Under the pieces are notes generated by a model. That model searched no databases. It was given only the letters and a program-made list of their open reading frames with translations, and had not been told where the DNA came from. A DNA stretch of 64,000 nt, taken from NCBI GenBank assembly GCA_963841435.1, contig CAWJCS010000002.1, positions 768,001-832,000 on the forward strand, given 5' to 3'. The translations under genes were made by a program, and so were the position numbers. Within the stretch, counting starts at the first letter, position 1. The number at the start of each line of letters is the position of its first letter. Positions 40,340-51,125 of this stretch are shown one piece after another. The DNA is from an uncultured delta proteobacterium. GTDB lineage: Bacteria > Myxococcota_A > Polyangia > Polyangiales > Polyangiaceae.

Positions 40340-41713
40340 TCAGAAGGGCTCGGGTCCATCTGCTTGGGCAACAGTGAGCGAAGCGCCCTGGTCACACTCT
40401 CTTCGGGGTAAGGCTTGCCGGCGGAGAGCACGGACCCGTCTCCCTTTCCATCGACCGACAGCACCGGCACGAACTGTCGAGGCTGGCCCTCCGGCTCCAG
40501 GATGATGAAGTAGCGATTCAACTGAGGAACTTTCAGTACCTTCGGCGGCTTGCCCTTCTCGCTCACCGTCATCTGCCCGTGAGCGAGAGCGCCGAGCGCG
40601 CTCTGGATTGCCGCGGCGGCCCCCTTGTTCCCGTAAGCTATTGGGTACCACGACGCTTGCCGGCGCAGCACCTCCATCATCCCGCGTGCTTTGCCGTCGA
40701 GCAGGAATAGGTACGTGGCGAGCGCGGGATTCGACGCGACGGCAGGGTACCGAGGTGCTCGTGGCAAGCTGGGGGAGCACCACTCGACGATGTCGAGTTG
40801 CTCGGCGACGAGATTGCCGCGGCAGCGGTCCTTCGCCTCCGCGGCGGTCAATCCGAGGCTCTCCGGGTGGGTGACGCGAGCATGCAAGCCCGCCGAGCCG
40901 AGGTCAACGGCCAGCTCGAGTGTCGCGAAGCCTTGAGCGGCAGCGGTGGAGGGCTCGCAGGCGGCACGTTGAGCCACGTGGTGCAGGCCGGTGCCGTCGC
41001 CGTGCCGTCTCCCCCTGGCTTCTTTCGCCGGAGTCGGTGGCGCACTGGCCGCCACACGCCGCAAGCTTGTATATGTCTTTGCCATTCGCCGGCCGGGGAC
41101 GCCAAGCTCGTAGTCCGCGTACTCGTGCCACCAGTAGGCGCCGGGCTCGGCCGGGTCGTAGGTCTCGAGGAGGCGGTCGCCGTTGACGGTCTTGCAACCG
41201 GTCGCGATGAACATGTGGGCGGAGGGTTGCGGACCGTAGGAATGCTCTTCGACGAGGCCGAGCGGCCGCCCCCCATAGAGCTCGTCCGTGACGTTGCTCC
41301 AGCTCGGCCAGCGGTCCTCGTGGACCGTCACCGAGAACCGTGTGGCGTAAACTTGGGAAACTCGGGACGATCACACTGCTCTGGTCGGGGCACGCTGCAG
41401 CAATCGAGGGGTGTGCCGCCGGGGGCAAGGCGTCGTTCGCAAAGTCGCACTGACGAAGCTCGTTCTTTCTGTCGGCTGCGAGGAACGATGTGAGCATCGA
41501 GGCGCTCGCGGCCCAGCACCACAACGGTTCCTCTTGCGTGTGCGTCTCGACCGGCAGCACTAGGCCCTCTTCGCAGGCCGCGGACCCAGATCCGAGTGAA
41601 GCTGTCTGGGGCGCGCGCGGTGGCGGGCACCCGCAGCTGCAGCTCACCGCCAAGACGGCCGTTGAGAACAGGAGCCCCCCGAGCGCCAAGGTTCCGTTTC
41701 CGTTTGCGTACAT
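40340..41713 (-). pseudogene. Papain-like (C39-like) cysteine peptidase lipoprotein, frameshifted; 3' end uncertain
   Basis: ATG 41713 after AGGAG, lipobox AVSC. QEEPLWCWAASASM (Cys), SAHMFIATG (His) and ETYDP (Asp) lie in successive frames. Confidence 0.55.
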
Positions 41714-41903
41714 GGCTCCTCGCCTGTGCCAGTGAGCGTCGTGGCCGCACCTGGCCACGCCGGCGCCGTTTGGCAAGCGTTGATTGACAAATGACCATGC
41801 TGGTGATCTCGTGTCACGAAACCCGCGGGCAGAGGCGAAAAATCATTGCCATGGGCTGGACGGATGCGCGGGGTTATCCCTTGCTGAGTGATCGACTCGG
41901 GCC

Positions 41904-43968
41904 ATGTTTCCGATTAGCCGCCAAACGCCCGTCCTGGTGCTTGCACTGTGCGTGGGCGGTTGTCAGCTCGATCGGGCAGAAAGCGTTTCGCGGGACGTTG
42001 CTTCTGCGGGCGCCAAGTCTCCGGTCCCGGGAACCGCGGATCTCGAGCCGCTCGTGGTACCGACCCTGGTCGGCGAGAGCGAGTACGGCTGGGCGTTGGC
42101 GCTGTCCGGTAATCTCGTGTTGGTCGGCGCCCCGGCGGCTGTCGTGAACGAGGTCGATTCGGGTGCGGTGTACGCGTTCAGTCGAAGCGCGGGAAGCTGG
42201 ACGGGCGTGGGGACGCTCCTGCCCGTGTCGCCGACTTCGGGGCAGCGCTTCGGCGTGACCGTGGCCGTTGCGGGCGAGCTCGCTGCCGTCACTTCGATGC
42301 CGTTGACGAGCGGCACGCCGTCGTCAACGGGGCAGGGAGTTTGGCTGTTTACGCCGGAAGGGGGCGACTGGTCGAGCAGGCTGCTCGCGCGGCCCGTGGA
42401 GTCGGCTGGCGACTCGGAGTATGGAATCAGCCTCCAGCTCGATTCCTCGACGCTGGTCGTTGGCGCTCCGAGCACGAAAGAGGCAGGGCGTGTGTACGTT
42501 TTCGACGGGGATTTCTCGAGCTTCGGCGCCGCCCAGACACTCGAACCGGCCGAGCCAACGGTCGGCGGGCAATTCGGATACGCGCTCGCCCTCGACGGTA
42601 ATCGGCTGGTGATCGGCGCACCGGGCGAGGATGGCGTCGGCGCCGCGTACGTCTTCGAGCGCGCCGGCACGACGGACGCGCAGGGCAGGCAGTGGCACTC
42701 GGTGCAGCGGCTCGATGCCCCCGCGGGAACCGCTATGTCGTTCGGCAAGGTCGTTGCCGCCAGGGGCAATCAATTGTTCGTTGCGGCCCCGAAGGATTGA
42801 GACGGCGAAGGTGTCCTCTACGTTCTCTCGCAGTCGCGGGGGGTTTGGTCCGTCACGAAGACAGTCGCCGCGGAAGGAGCCGAGCCCAATGACTACTTCG
42901 GTGCCGCGCTGGCGGTATCCGATACCGAGCTCTACGTGGGCGCCCCGAAAGCGGCCTTCCACGAAATCGTCTCGGGGAGCGTGCACGTGTTCTTGCGGGA
43001 CGGCGAGCTCACCGAGCAGGGCGTGTTGACCCCTCCCTACGCGACCGATTACGAGTACTTCGGCTCGGCGCTGGCGGCGTCCGACCTCCACGCTGATCGT
43101 TGCAGAGAGCGGCGCGGTATTCGCTCGCCTTCCGGGGCTCGGCAGCGAATGCTCCGAGGAGTACGAATGTCGGAGTGGTCACTGCTCCGAGGGCGTCTGC
43201 TGCGACCGTCCTTGCGACGGCGTTTGCGTCTCGTGTCTGGGCGAGAACAAGCAGGGTGGGGATGGCACCACCGGTATCTGCGAGGCCGTCGATGCCGCGA
43301 CGGATCCTCGGGACGACTGCTCCGCTTCGACCGATGCCTGCGGCCAGACGGGTGCGTGCGACGGGCACGGCGCTTGTGCGCTCGCGCTCGCCGGTACGGC
43401 CTGCGGCGATCCCGAGTGCGCGTCGTCGTTCGAATCGGTCGCGGCGGGTTCTTGCGACGGCGCCGGCCGCTGCGCGCTGCCCAAGAAAACGGCGTGCGAC
43501 GTGGGCTACGCGTGCCGGCGCGGCGCGTGCCGGAGCTCTTGCAGCAACGGCCTGGACTGTGACGGTGAAGCAGGCTTTTACTGCTTCGAGAGCAGGTGCG
43601 TGACGGGCGCCCGCTGCTCGCTGGATCGCACGCTGGCTTACGACGACCGCGGGGCGACCACGCGCTGCACGACGCTGCTCTGCGAAAATGGCGCCTGCCT
43701 CGACTCTTGTCGTCGCACGGCGGACTGTGCGGTCGGCCTCGTCTGTGATCCGTACCGAAATGCCTGCGTCAGCGAGGCCGCCCTCGGCGCGGGTCGTACT
43801 GCCACGATCGTGAGCTGTCGTGTCGGAAGAGTCGCGCCGACGCTGGCGGAGCTTTGGTGGCTGCTCTTGGCCGCACCCCTCGCTCGCCGTCGCTTTCGTC
43901 GTCGTCTCGTCCGTGGGGGGCCTAGAACGGCGCCTTCGCTCCACCCCACCGGCCCCAAACCCCCATGA
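41904..43968 (+). pseudogene. FG-GAP repeat + Cys-rich secreted protein, frameshifted
   Basis: Repeats (Y/F)G.(A/S)(L/V)A(L/V).G...VGAP...G.(V/A)YVF; Cys-rich HCSEGVCCDRPCDGVCVSC; hydrophobic/basic tail WWLLLAAPLARRRFRRR. Confidence 0.7.
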
Positions 43969-43984
43969 GAAGAAGGATCTTACC

Positions 43985-44361
43985 ATGAAATTCACGGCCT
44001 TGCTCACCTCGCTCACGATGCTCGGCGCGGTCGCCTGCTGCTGCTGCCCCGGTTATTCGCCTGCCCAGCCTTCCGGGTATTTGCAGGCGCTTCCGGCGGC
44101 GGATCCTTGGGCATCCCGTATCGCTCGTGCTCGAAGGACAGTGAGTGCACGTCGAAGGCGCTCGTTGACAGCCAAATCGATCCAAAAGGCGATCTCGAGT
44201 ACGAGCTGGGCTGCCAGAGCTCCTATTGCCGCGCCCACTATCGAGCCGGCAAGGTGTGCTTGACCGGCGACACGATCACTTGCGGCAAAGGCTCCGGAGG
44301 CACCACTCCCGCATTCGGTATCTCCACCTGCCAGAAGGCCGGCTGGGGACCGTGCACGTGA
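43985..44361 (+). CDS. Small Cys-rich lipoprotein (one frameshift near 44107)
   Basis: AAGGA RBS; MKFTALLTSLTMLGAVACCCCP joins GIPYRSCSKDSEC...CQKAGWGPCT*. Confidence 0.5.
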
Positions 44362-44364
44362 GCT

Positions 44365-46318
44365 TCACGACGAAGGCTCGGGCGCCCCACTGCCGCTCGT
44401 CGTAGGCGCCGCCTCGGTCACCATGCCGTTGACGACGAAACCGTCGGCGGCAACGGCGGTCACGCGGTTGCTGCTCGCGCACAGGCCGACGAGCCGCGCC
44501 GTCGGCGCGCGCCGCGGCCACGCCTCGGTCCAGGCGCCGTCGTTCACCACAGGCTTCCCTCGGCCGCCAGCCAGATGCGGCCAGTCGGGTCCAGCGTCAC
44601 TGCGCTCGCCGAAAGGGTGCCGGGTGAGCGGTACTCCGCGCGATCTTCGGCCGTGAACCGCACGAGCCGCCCGTCCTCGAAGGCGCAGATTGCGGCTCCG
44701 AGCTCGGGGCGCGAACCGCAGGCCGTGACGGCGCTGCCCGGAAGGCGGAGCAACGTCGAGGTTTCCTTGCGCGAAAGCTCGACCAAAAGCACGGTGCCGG
44801 CACCGGTCGCGTCGTTGCCCGCGACCAGATAGCGGCCGCCCCGACCGCCACGCACTCGATCACTTGGGTGATGTCGGCCAAAGCGCTCGCGCGCTCGAAG
44901 CGTTTGGCGCGGAGCATCCAGAGCTCGTGAGCGCCGGACTCACGGCGACCGACGGCCACGATGCCCGAATCGAACGACCCGGAGAGCGCGACGAACGCAA
45001 CGCGCGGGTCGGCGGTGACGGTGCGCGCCACCGCACCGTTCGCAAAGTCCTGGATGGCGCCCTGACCTCCGATGAGCCAACGCCTGAGGCCCGTGCGGTG
45101 CACGACCCTCGGCGCCCGCTGCGTCTCGAGCGGCACGGCGCGAAAGCTCCAATCGTCCCAGTAGGCAAGGCCCGACTCCGTCGCCGCAAGGAAGTGGCCG
45201 TCGGCGTCCCAGGCGACCTGCCGGATGCCGGCCATGCGTCCCGGTGCGGCGCGAACACCGAAGTGGAAGCTGCTGGCGGGCGGCCGCTTCGCCGCGACCG
45301 ACACGACGGTGGCGCCGGTGCGTTCGCGCGGGGTATCGACGTCCGGAGCGAGCAGCGGCAAGAGTCCTGCGCCGAGCTCCGCGGCGCCGCGCGTGCGTTG
45401 CCGGGGGTCGGCGCGCGTCGCAAGCGACAGGATCCGATCGATCTTGCTGCAAACGTTCGGTCGTGCTCTGAGCTCGGGCGCGAGAGCGCGAGCGTCGAGC
45501 AAGCGTGGGCGCTCTGCCCCATACGCCGCGACCATCGTTTCGGCGATCGTCTCGGCGGCGAGGTAGCGCTCTCCGGTCATCGAGAAGTAGAGGCAGCAAG
45601 CCAGGCCGAACACGTCCGTATAGGGTCCGACGCCGAGCGGGTCGGGGAAGCTTTGCTCCGGAGCGCAATAGCCCGGTGTCCCGAGCAGCACGTTGCCGAA
45701 AGTCGCCACGTCGCCGACGCGCGCCAGTCCGAAGTCAGTGATCTTGAAGAGCTCGTCCTCCCCGCTGCCGGAGCAGAGCACGTTGCCCGGCGCGATGTCG
45801 CGATGCACGACGCCGACCTCGGCAATCGCACACGCCCCAGCGATCATCGCCCTTGCGAGACACTCGATTCTCGCGCGCGAGAACGCGTACCCCGTGCGTT
45901 CGACGGTCTCCTTGACTCGCGCCCGCAGCGTCGTGCCCCCGTCATGACCATTGACGAGCTCGACCGCGATCCAGGGGAGGGCCAGCACACCGTCGCGCAC
46001 GCTCACGGTCCCTGCATCCAGGAACTTCACCACGTACGGTGTCGGCGGAAAGCGTTCCGCGAGACCCTCGAGCGCGCGGACCTCCTTGTCCACCTGAGCC
46101 GCGGCACGACCGCCGAGCTGACGGATCGCGCGCGGTCGGAGCACCTTGACGACCACGAGCACCGAGGTGTCTCCGAGTTCCCGCGTGGCAACGAAGGCGA
46201 TGCTCGTCGCGCCGCTGCCCAGCACGCGGTCGATCCGGTAGCGCACGCCGTCGTAGCGCGTGGAGGCGATGGTCGCTCCCGCGAGACGCAAGAGGTCGTC
46301 GTCCGAGCTTCCAGACAT
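44365..46318 (-). CDS. Ser/Thr protein kinase with C-terminal beta-propeller-like domain (frameshifts near 44840 and 44555)
   Basis: ATG 46318; GSGATSIAF, VVVK, HRDIAPGNV, DFG, GTPGYCAPEQ, DVFGLA. Confidence 0.8.
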
Positions 46319-46447
46319 TGCCGTCCGCGGCAAGCCAAGCCCCGACTCATCGTGAAAAGCAAGGGCTCTTCTTCGCGAGCGACGCGCGCGGCGCGGTTTC
46401 AGGGCGCCGCGTGCCCGGACGAGTCCGAGGACTCCTCGAGATCGTCG

Positions 46448-46531
46448 TGCCGAAGGTGGGAGTTGAACCCACACTCCCTTTCGGGAAACGGATTTTGAGT
46501 CCGCCGCGTCTGCCGGTTCCGCCACTTCGGC
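46448..46531 (-). tRNA. tRNA-Leu(CAA)
   Basis: GCCGAAGTGGCGGAACCGGCAGACGCGGCGGACTCAAAATCCGTTTCCCGAAAGGGAGTGTGGGTTCAACTCCCACCTTCGGCA: cloverleaf, long variable arm, CAA anticodon, CCA not encoded. Confidence 0.95.
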
Positions 46532-46574
46532 TGGTGGAGCGGGCTCTTTAGCAGAGGTCGGTCGGCGTGGGTAG

Positions 46575-47495
46575 CTACGGCGAGAGGGCCGCGAGCTTCG
46601 GGATGGCGCGGCGCGCGAGCGCGAAATAGCGCGCGTCGCGCTCGATGCCGATGCTCCGGTAGCCCACGGCGAGCGCGGCGGCGAGCGTCGAGCCCGAGCC
46701 CGCGAATGGGTCGAGCACCGTGCCCGCGCCGAGCGGCAATGCGGCACGCACGAGCATTCGAAGGAACGCCTGTGGCTTGAGCGACGGGTGGGGCGCGAGG
46801 CGACGTTCCGCCTCGTTCGTGGGGGCCGAACGGATGACGTCGAGGAACGGCGCGCTCTCGGATGGGCGGCGCAAACCGCCCGTCTTCCACTTTCTCAGGT
46901 TGTCCTGCACGCGCCCTTCGCACGGTTTGCGGAACACGCCCCACGGCTCCCAGCCGGAGCGCGGCATCACCGTCACGCCGGAAAACTCCGCTTCGGCATT
47001 CTTCGGGCGATCACCGCCGCGCAGCGTCTGGACGAGGCGCACCACTTCGCCTCGCTTCTCGAAGCCCGCCTCCAGGAGCGGCTCGTACACGAAGTGCGAA
47101 AGCAGCGGGTTCGTCGCGATGAAGACGTGCCCGCCCGGGACGAGCACCGAGAACGCCGCGCGCGCGACCTCGCCGAAGAACGCGCGCAGCCGCGCGTGGT
47201 CGGCGGCATCGAGCACGGTGAAGCGTGGCAGGGGCCGGCGCCGGTGGCCGTCGAGCGTGGGGGGAATTCGCCACACGCCGCCGCGGCCGCGACGTAGCTT
47301 TCGCTGTTCGTCGCGCTGGTACTCGCGCAAGCCGTAGGGCGGATCGGTCACGATGGCCTCGACGCTGGATGGCGGCTGCGCCGCCATCCAGGCGATGCCG
47401 TCGCCTTTGAGGAGCTCGAATGCGGGCTCGACCCGGGCTGCCCGCTTCGGCGCGCTTTGTCTCGAGACCTCGTGGGGCATCCGGTTGCTCGGCAT
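46575..47495 (-). CDS. N4/N6 DNA methyltransferase, beta-class motif order, apparently orphan
   Basis: Catalytic IVTDPPYG precedes HPSLKP and SAM-binding VLDPFAGSGST, GIERD. Confidence 0.85.
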   Translation of the reverse strand: MPSNRMPHEVSRQSAPKRAARVEPAFELLKGDGIAWMAAQPPSSVEAIVTDPPYGLREYQRDEQRKLRRGRGGVWRIPPTLDGHRRRPLPRFTVLDAADHARLRAFFGEVARAAFSVLVPGGHVFIATNPLLSHFVYEPLLEAGFEKRGEVVRLVQTLRGGDRPKNAEAEFSGVTVMPRSGWEPWGVFRKPCEGRVQDNLRKWKTGGLRRPSESAPFLDVIRSAPTNEAERRLAPHPSLKPQAFLRMLVRAALPLGAGTVLDPFAGSGSTLAAALAVGYRSIGIERDARYFALARRAIPKLAALSP

Positions 47496-47554
47496 CGTGG
47501 CACTGCTTCGGCCGGGTCGCGACCTAGACGCCGATCTACTAGGCTTCCCGTTCC

Positions 47555-49096
47555 TTGAGCGACACCGAGATCCACGACGGCGGGGCGTTCGCTCGACGGG
47601 CGGGGCGGAGCAGCGTGGCAAGCGCGTTCTTCGCCCAGGCGCGGCAGAAGCCCGCGGCGCTGGCCCTCGAAGAGGGAGATCGTCGGCTGAGCTACGGTGC
47701 GCTCGGTGCTCGCGTCCTCGCGCTCGCCGGCGCGCTTCACGCTCGGGGAGTCGGCCGCGGCGATCGCGTCGCCGTCCTCAGTGAGAATCGCGCAGAGTAT
47801 CTGGAGGTTTTCCTTGCGGCAGCGAGCGTCGGCGCGCTCGTCGCCTGCCAGAGCTGGCGGCTCGCCGCGCCCGAGCTCGCGCATTGCGTCGGCCTCGTGT
47901 CGCCGAAGCTCGCGTTCGTTTCGCCGCGGCACCGGGCGGCGATGGATGGCGTCGCGGGCGCGCCACCGCGCGTCGTTTTCGGCGACGACTACGAGGCGCT
48001 GCTCTCGAGCGCAACGCCGCTCGCCGCGCCCGAGGAGCTCGACCCGGAGGACGCCTTCCTCGTTCTTTACACGAGCGGAACCACGGGCCTACCGAAGGGC
48101 GCCGTCATCAGCCATCGCGCGGAGCTCGCACGAAACCTCGTGGTGCTCGCCGAGTTCGGCGTGCGCCCGGACGACACGTTCGTCGCGTGGTCGCCTCTCT
48201 ACCACATGGGTGGTGCGGACTACTCGCTCGGCACGCTCATGTCCGGCGGCAAGGTCATGCTCGTCGACGGCTTCGATCGCGCGCGCCTCGCGGAGATCGT
48301 CGCGAGCGAGACGTTAGGCTGGCTCATCCTCATGCCCGGCATGGTCTCGACGTTTGCGGTCGAGCTCGAGGCGCGTCGTGTCGAGCCACGCGGCGTGCGC
48401 CTATGCGGCGTGATGGCCGACCTCGTCCCGCCCGCTGAGATCGCGCGCATCACGCGTCTGCTTCGCGCGCCCTACGCGAACACCTTCGGCGCCACCGAGA
48501 CCGGCTGCCCGCCGTGCTCGTCGAATCTCATCCCCGTCGGGATCGTGCCCGAAAGGCTCTCGAAGGAGCCGAGTCGCTTCTGCGAGATCCGCCTGGTCGA
48601 CGCCGACGACAGGGACGTTCCGGACGGCGCGCCCGGCGAGCTCTGCCTCCGGGGGCCCACGCTGTTCAGCGGCTACTTTCGGGCGCCCGAAGTCAACGCG
48701 CACGAGTTTCGCGGCGGCTACTTCCACATGGGCGACGTGTTCGTACGAAACTCGGACCGCACGCTCGACTTCGTCGACCGCGTGAAATACCTCATCAAGT
48801 CGGGCGGCGAGAATATCTACCCCGCCGAGATCGAGCGCGTGCTGTTGCGCGACCCGCGCGTCGCGGAGGCAGCCGTGGTGCGCGCCCGCGACCCGAAGTG
48901 GGGCGAGGTGCCGGTCGCCTACCTCGCCGTCAACGACGAAAGCCTCGGCGAGGACGAGCTCAAGCAGCTGTGCCGGGCCGCGCTCGCGGGGTACAAACAG
49001 CCGAAGGCCTTCCGTTTCATCGCGCTCGAGGATTTCCCTCGCAGCGCATCCGGGAAAATCCAGCGCCACGAGCTGGAGAAGCGAGAGCGACGATGA
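47555..49096 (+). CDS. AMP-forming acyl/aryl-CoA ligase
   Basis: YTSGTTGLPKG, PLYHMGG, FGATET, FHMGD, DRVKYLIKSGGENIYPAEIE, SGKIQ. Confidence 0.9.
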   Translation: MSDTEIHDGGAFARRAGRSSVASAFFAQARQKPAALALEEGDRRLSYGALGARVLALAGALHARGVGRGDRVAVLSENRAEYLEVFLAAASVGALVACQSWRLAAPELAHCVGLVSPKLAFVSPRHRAAMDGVAGAPPRVVFGDDYEALLSSATPLAAPEELDPEDAFLVLYTSGTTGLPKGAVISHRAELARNLVVLAEFGVRPDDTFVAWSPLYHMGGADYSLGTLMSGGKVMLVDGFDRARLAEIVASETLGWLILMPGMVSTFAVELEARRVEPRGVRLCGVMADLVPPAEIARITRLLRAPYANTFGATETGCPPCSSNLIPVGIVPERLSKEPSRFCEIRLVDADDRDVPDGAPGELCLRGPTLFSGYFRAPEVNAHEFRGGYFHMGDVFVRNSDRTLDFVDRVKYLIKSGGENIYPAEIERVLLRDPRVAEAAVVRARDPKWGEVPVAYLAVNDESLGEDELKQLCRAALAGYKQPKAFRFIALEDFPRSASGKIQRHELEKRERR

Positions 49097-49869
49097 GCGA
49101 CCTTCCCGAGCACCAGACGACGAGCATTGCCACCTCCACCGTCGACGACGTGTGGATCCGCGACAAGAGCCTGTGCCGCGAGCTCATCGGCAAGCTGAGC
49201 TTCACCGAGGTCCTGTATTTCCAGATCCTGGGGAAAATGCCCAGTCCCGGCGAGCGAGACGTCGTGGACGCCTGCCTCGTCACGCTCATGGAGCACGGTC
49301 TCACGCCGAGCGCGCTCACGACGCGGCTCGTGTACTCGAGCGCCGAGGAGGCGCTGCAGGCCGCCGTCGCGGCAGGATTGCTCTGTGTCGGCAGCCGCTT
49401 CGTGGGGACGACGGAGGGGGCAGGGGAGCTCATCGAGCGCATCGTCTCAGCGGGCGACGCGGGCGCGGCGGAGGCCGAGCGTATCGCTCTGGAGTTTCGC
49501 GCCGCCAAGCGCCCGCTGCCGGGCTTCGGTCACCCGTTCCACAAGCCCGACGATCCGCGGACGCCACGCCTGCTCGAGCTCGCTCGCGAGCGAGGCGTCG
49601 CAGGCGCGCACGTGCGCGCCATCGAGCTCTTGGCGGACGCCGTGGATCGCACGTGCGGCCGGCACATCACGCTCAACGCGACCGGTGCCGTCGCCGCCGT
49701 GCTGGGCGACTGTGGCGTTCCGCGTCGCGTGCTGCGCGGCTTCGCGGTCATCGCACGGGCGGCGGGGCTCGTCGGCCACGTCCACGAAGAGCAGGAACGA
49801 CCCGCCATGCGCGCCATCTGGGAGGCGGCCGAACGCAAGGTCGCCTACGACGGAAAAGCAGGCCGTTGA
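49093..49869 (+). CDS. Citryl-CoA lyase-like (citrate synthase family) protein
   Basis: ATGA overlap; LMEHGLTPSA, PGFGHP.HKPDDPR, LNATGA, RAAGLVGHVHEEQ. Confidence 0.85.
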   Translation: MSDLPEHQTTSIATSTVDDVWIRDKSLCRELIGKLSFTEVLYFQILGKMPSPGERDVVDACLVTLMEHGLTPSALTTRLVYSSAEEALQAAVAAGLLCVGSRFVGTTEGAGELIERIVSAGDAGAAEAERIALEFRAAKRPLPGFGHPFHKPDDPRTPRLLELARERGVAGAHVRAIELLADAVDRTCGRHITLNATGAVAAVLGDCGVPRRVLRGFAVIARAAGLVGHVHEEQERPAMRAIWEAAERKVAYDGKAGR

Positions 49870-49931
49870 CCGCGGTCGCGCCGTGACGCGACATGCTAGA
49901 GTCCTGCCCCTTTCCAAGAGGAGAACGGTCC

Positions 49932-50606
49932 ATGAAGCTCTACATGCATCCAGTGTCCATGACGAGCCGGCCCGTCCGGCTGTTCATCGCCGAGAACGAA
50001 ATCCCCTGCGAGGAGCAGATCGTCGATCTGATGAAGGGCGAGCACTTGCAGGAGCCCTACGCCGCGATCAATCCGAACAAGCTCGTTCCCGTGCTCGAGG
50101 ACGGCGATCTCCGCCTTACGGAGAGCTCCGCCATCCTCAAGTACCTCGCCGACAAGATCGAGTCGCCCACCTACCCGAAGGACCTGAAGAAGCGGGCGAA
50201 GGTGAACGAGATGATGGATTGGTTCAACACCAACTTCTATCGCGACTACGGCTACGGAATGGCGTACCCGCAGATCTTTCCCCATCACAAGCGGCCGACC
50301 GATGACGTGCAGAGCGCGACGATCGCCTGGGGCACCGAGCGCGCCCGCAGCTGGCTCAAGATCCTCGACGAGCACTGGATTGGGCCCAAGCGTGCCTACG
50401 TGACGGGCGACTCCATCACGATCGCCGACTACTTCGGCTCGTGCCTCGTGACGCTCGGCGAGGTGTTGCGCGTCGATTTCGAGCCATTTCCCAACGTGCA
50501 GCGTTGGCTCGGCAACATGAAGAAGCTCAGGAGCTGGCCGAAGGTGAACGAGGCGCTCTATGGTCTCCAGGGCGCGCTGAAGGACCTGCCGTTCGTCACC
50601 GTTTGA
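49932..50606 (+). CDS. Glutathione S-transferase family protein
   Basis: INPNKLVPVLEDGD, TESSAILKYL, SITIAD; ATG 49932. Confidence 0.9.
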   Translation: MKLYMHPVSMTSRPVRLFIAENEIPCEEQIVDLMKGEHLQEPYAAINPNKLVPVLEDGDLRLTESSAILKYLADKIESPTYPKDLKKRAKVNEMMDWFNTNFYRDYGYGMAYPQIFPHHKRPTDDVQSATIAWGTERARSWLKILDEHWIGPKRAYVTGDSITIADYFGSCLVTLGEVLRVDFEPFPNVQRWLGNMKKLRSWPKVNEALYGLQGALKDLPFVTV

Positions 50607-50614
50607 TCCCCGCG

Positions 50615-51103
50615 ATGCTCAAGGGCCTGCACCACAACGCCTACCGCTGCCGCGATTCGGAGGAGACCCGCAAGTTCTACGAGGACTTCTTGGGTCTCCC
50701 CCTCGCGGCGACGTTGGAGCTCAAGGAAACGAAGACCGGCCGGCCCACGGAGACGCTGCACACCTTCTACCGCCTGGACAACGGGTCGTTCCTCGCGTTC
50801 TTCGAGGCGCCGGACATGCCCTTCGAGTTCAAGGTGCAGCACGACTACGATCTGCACATCGCGGTCGAGGTCGAGTACGGAGATCTCGCGCCGATGCTGG
50901 CCAAGGGGAACGCCGCCGGGATCGCGACGCGCGGCATCTCGGACCACGGCTTCATCCACTCGATCTATTTTCAGGATCCCAACGGGTACATCATCGAGCT
51001 CACGGCCAAGCTCCCGCACCACGACGAGTCGGTCGATCCAACGAAAAATGGGGCGCGGAGCAAGCTTGACGCCTGGCAGCAGCGCAAGCCGCAGCCGCAC
51101 TGA
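50615..51103 (+). CDS. VOC (glyoxalase/bleomycin resistance/dioxygenase) family protein
   Basis: LHHNAYRCRD...FYEDFLGL, LHIA, SIYFQDPNGYIIEL. Confidence 0.85.
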   Translation: MLKGLHHNAYRCRDSEETRKFYEDFLGLPLAATLELKETKTGRPTETLHTFYRLDNGSFLAFFEAPDMPFEFKVQHDYDLHIAVEVEYGDLAPMLAKGNAAGIATRGISDHGFIHSIYFQDPNGYIIELTAKLPHHDESVDPTKNGARSKLDAWQQRKPQPH

Positions 51104-51125
51104 GCTCGGTGGTTCGTCGAGGTCC

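Noticed and set aside
49932-50606. GST as maleylacetoacetate isomerase (maiA) partnering HmgA
   Set aside because: Lacks the zeta-class SSAxxRVRIAL motif and sits in a separate, opposite-strand operon; not excluded functionally but unsupported.
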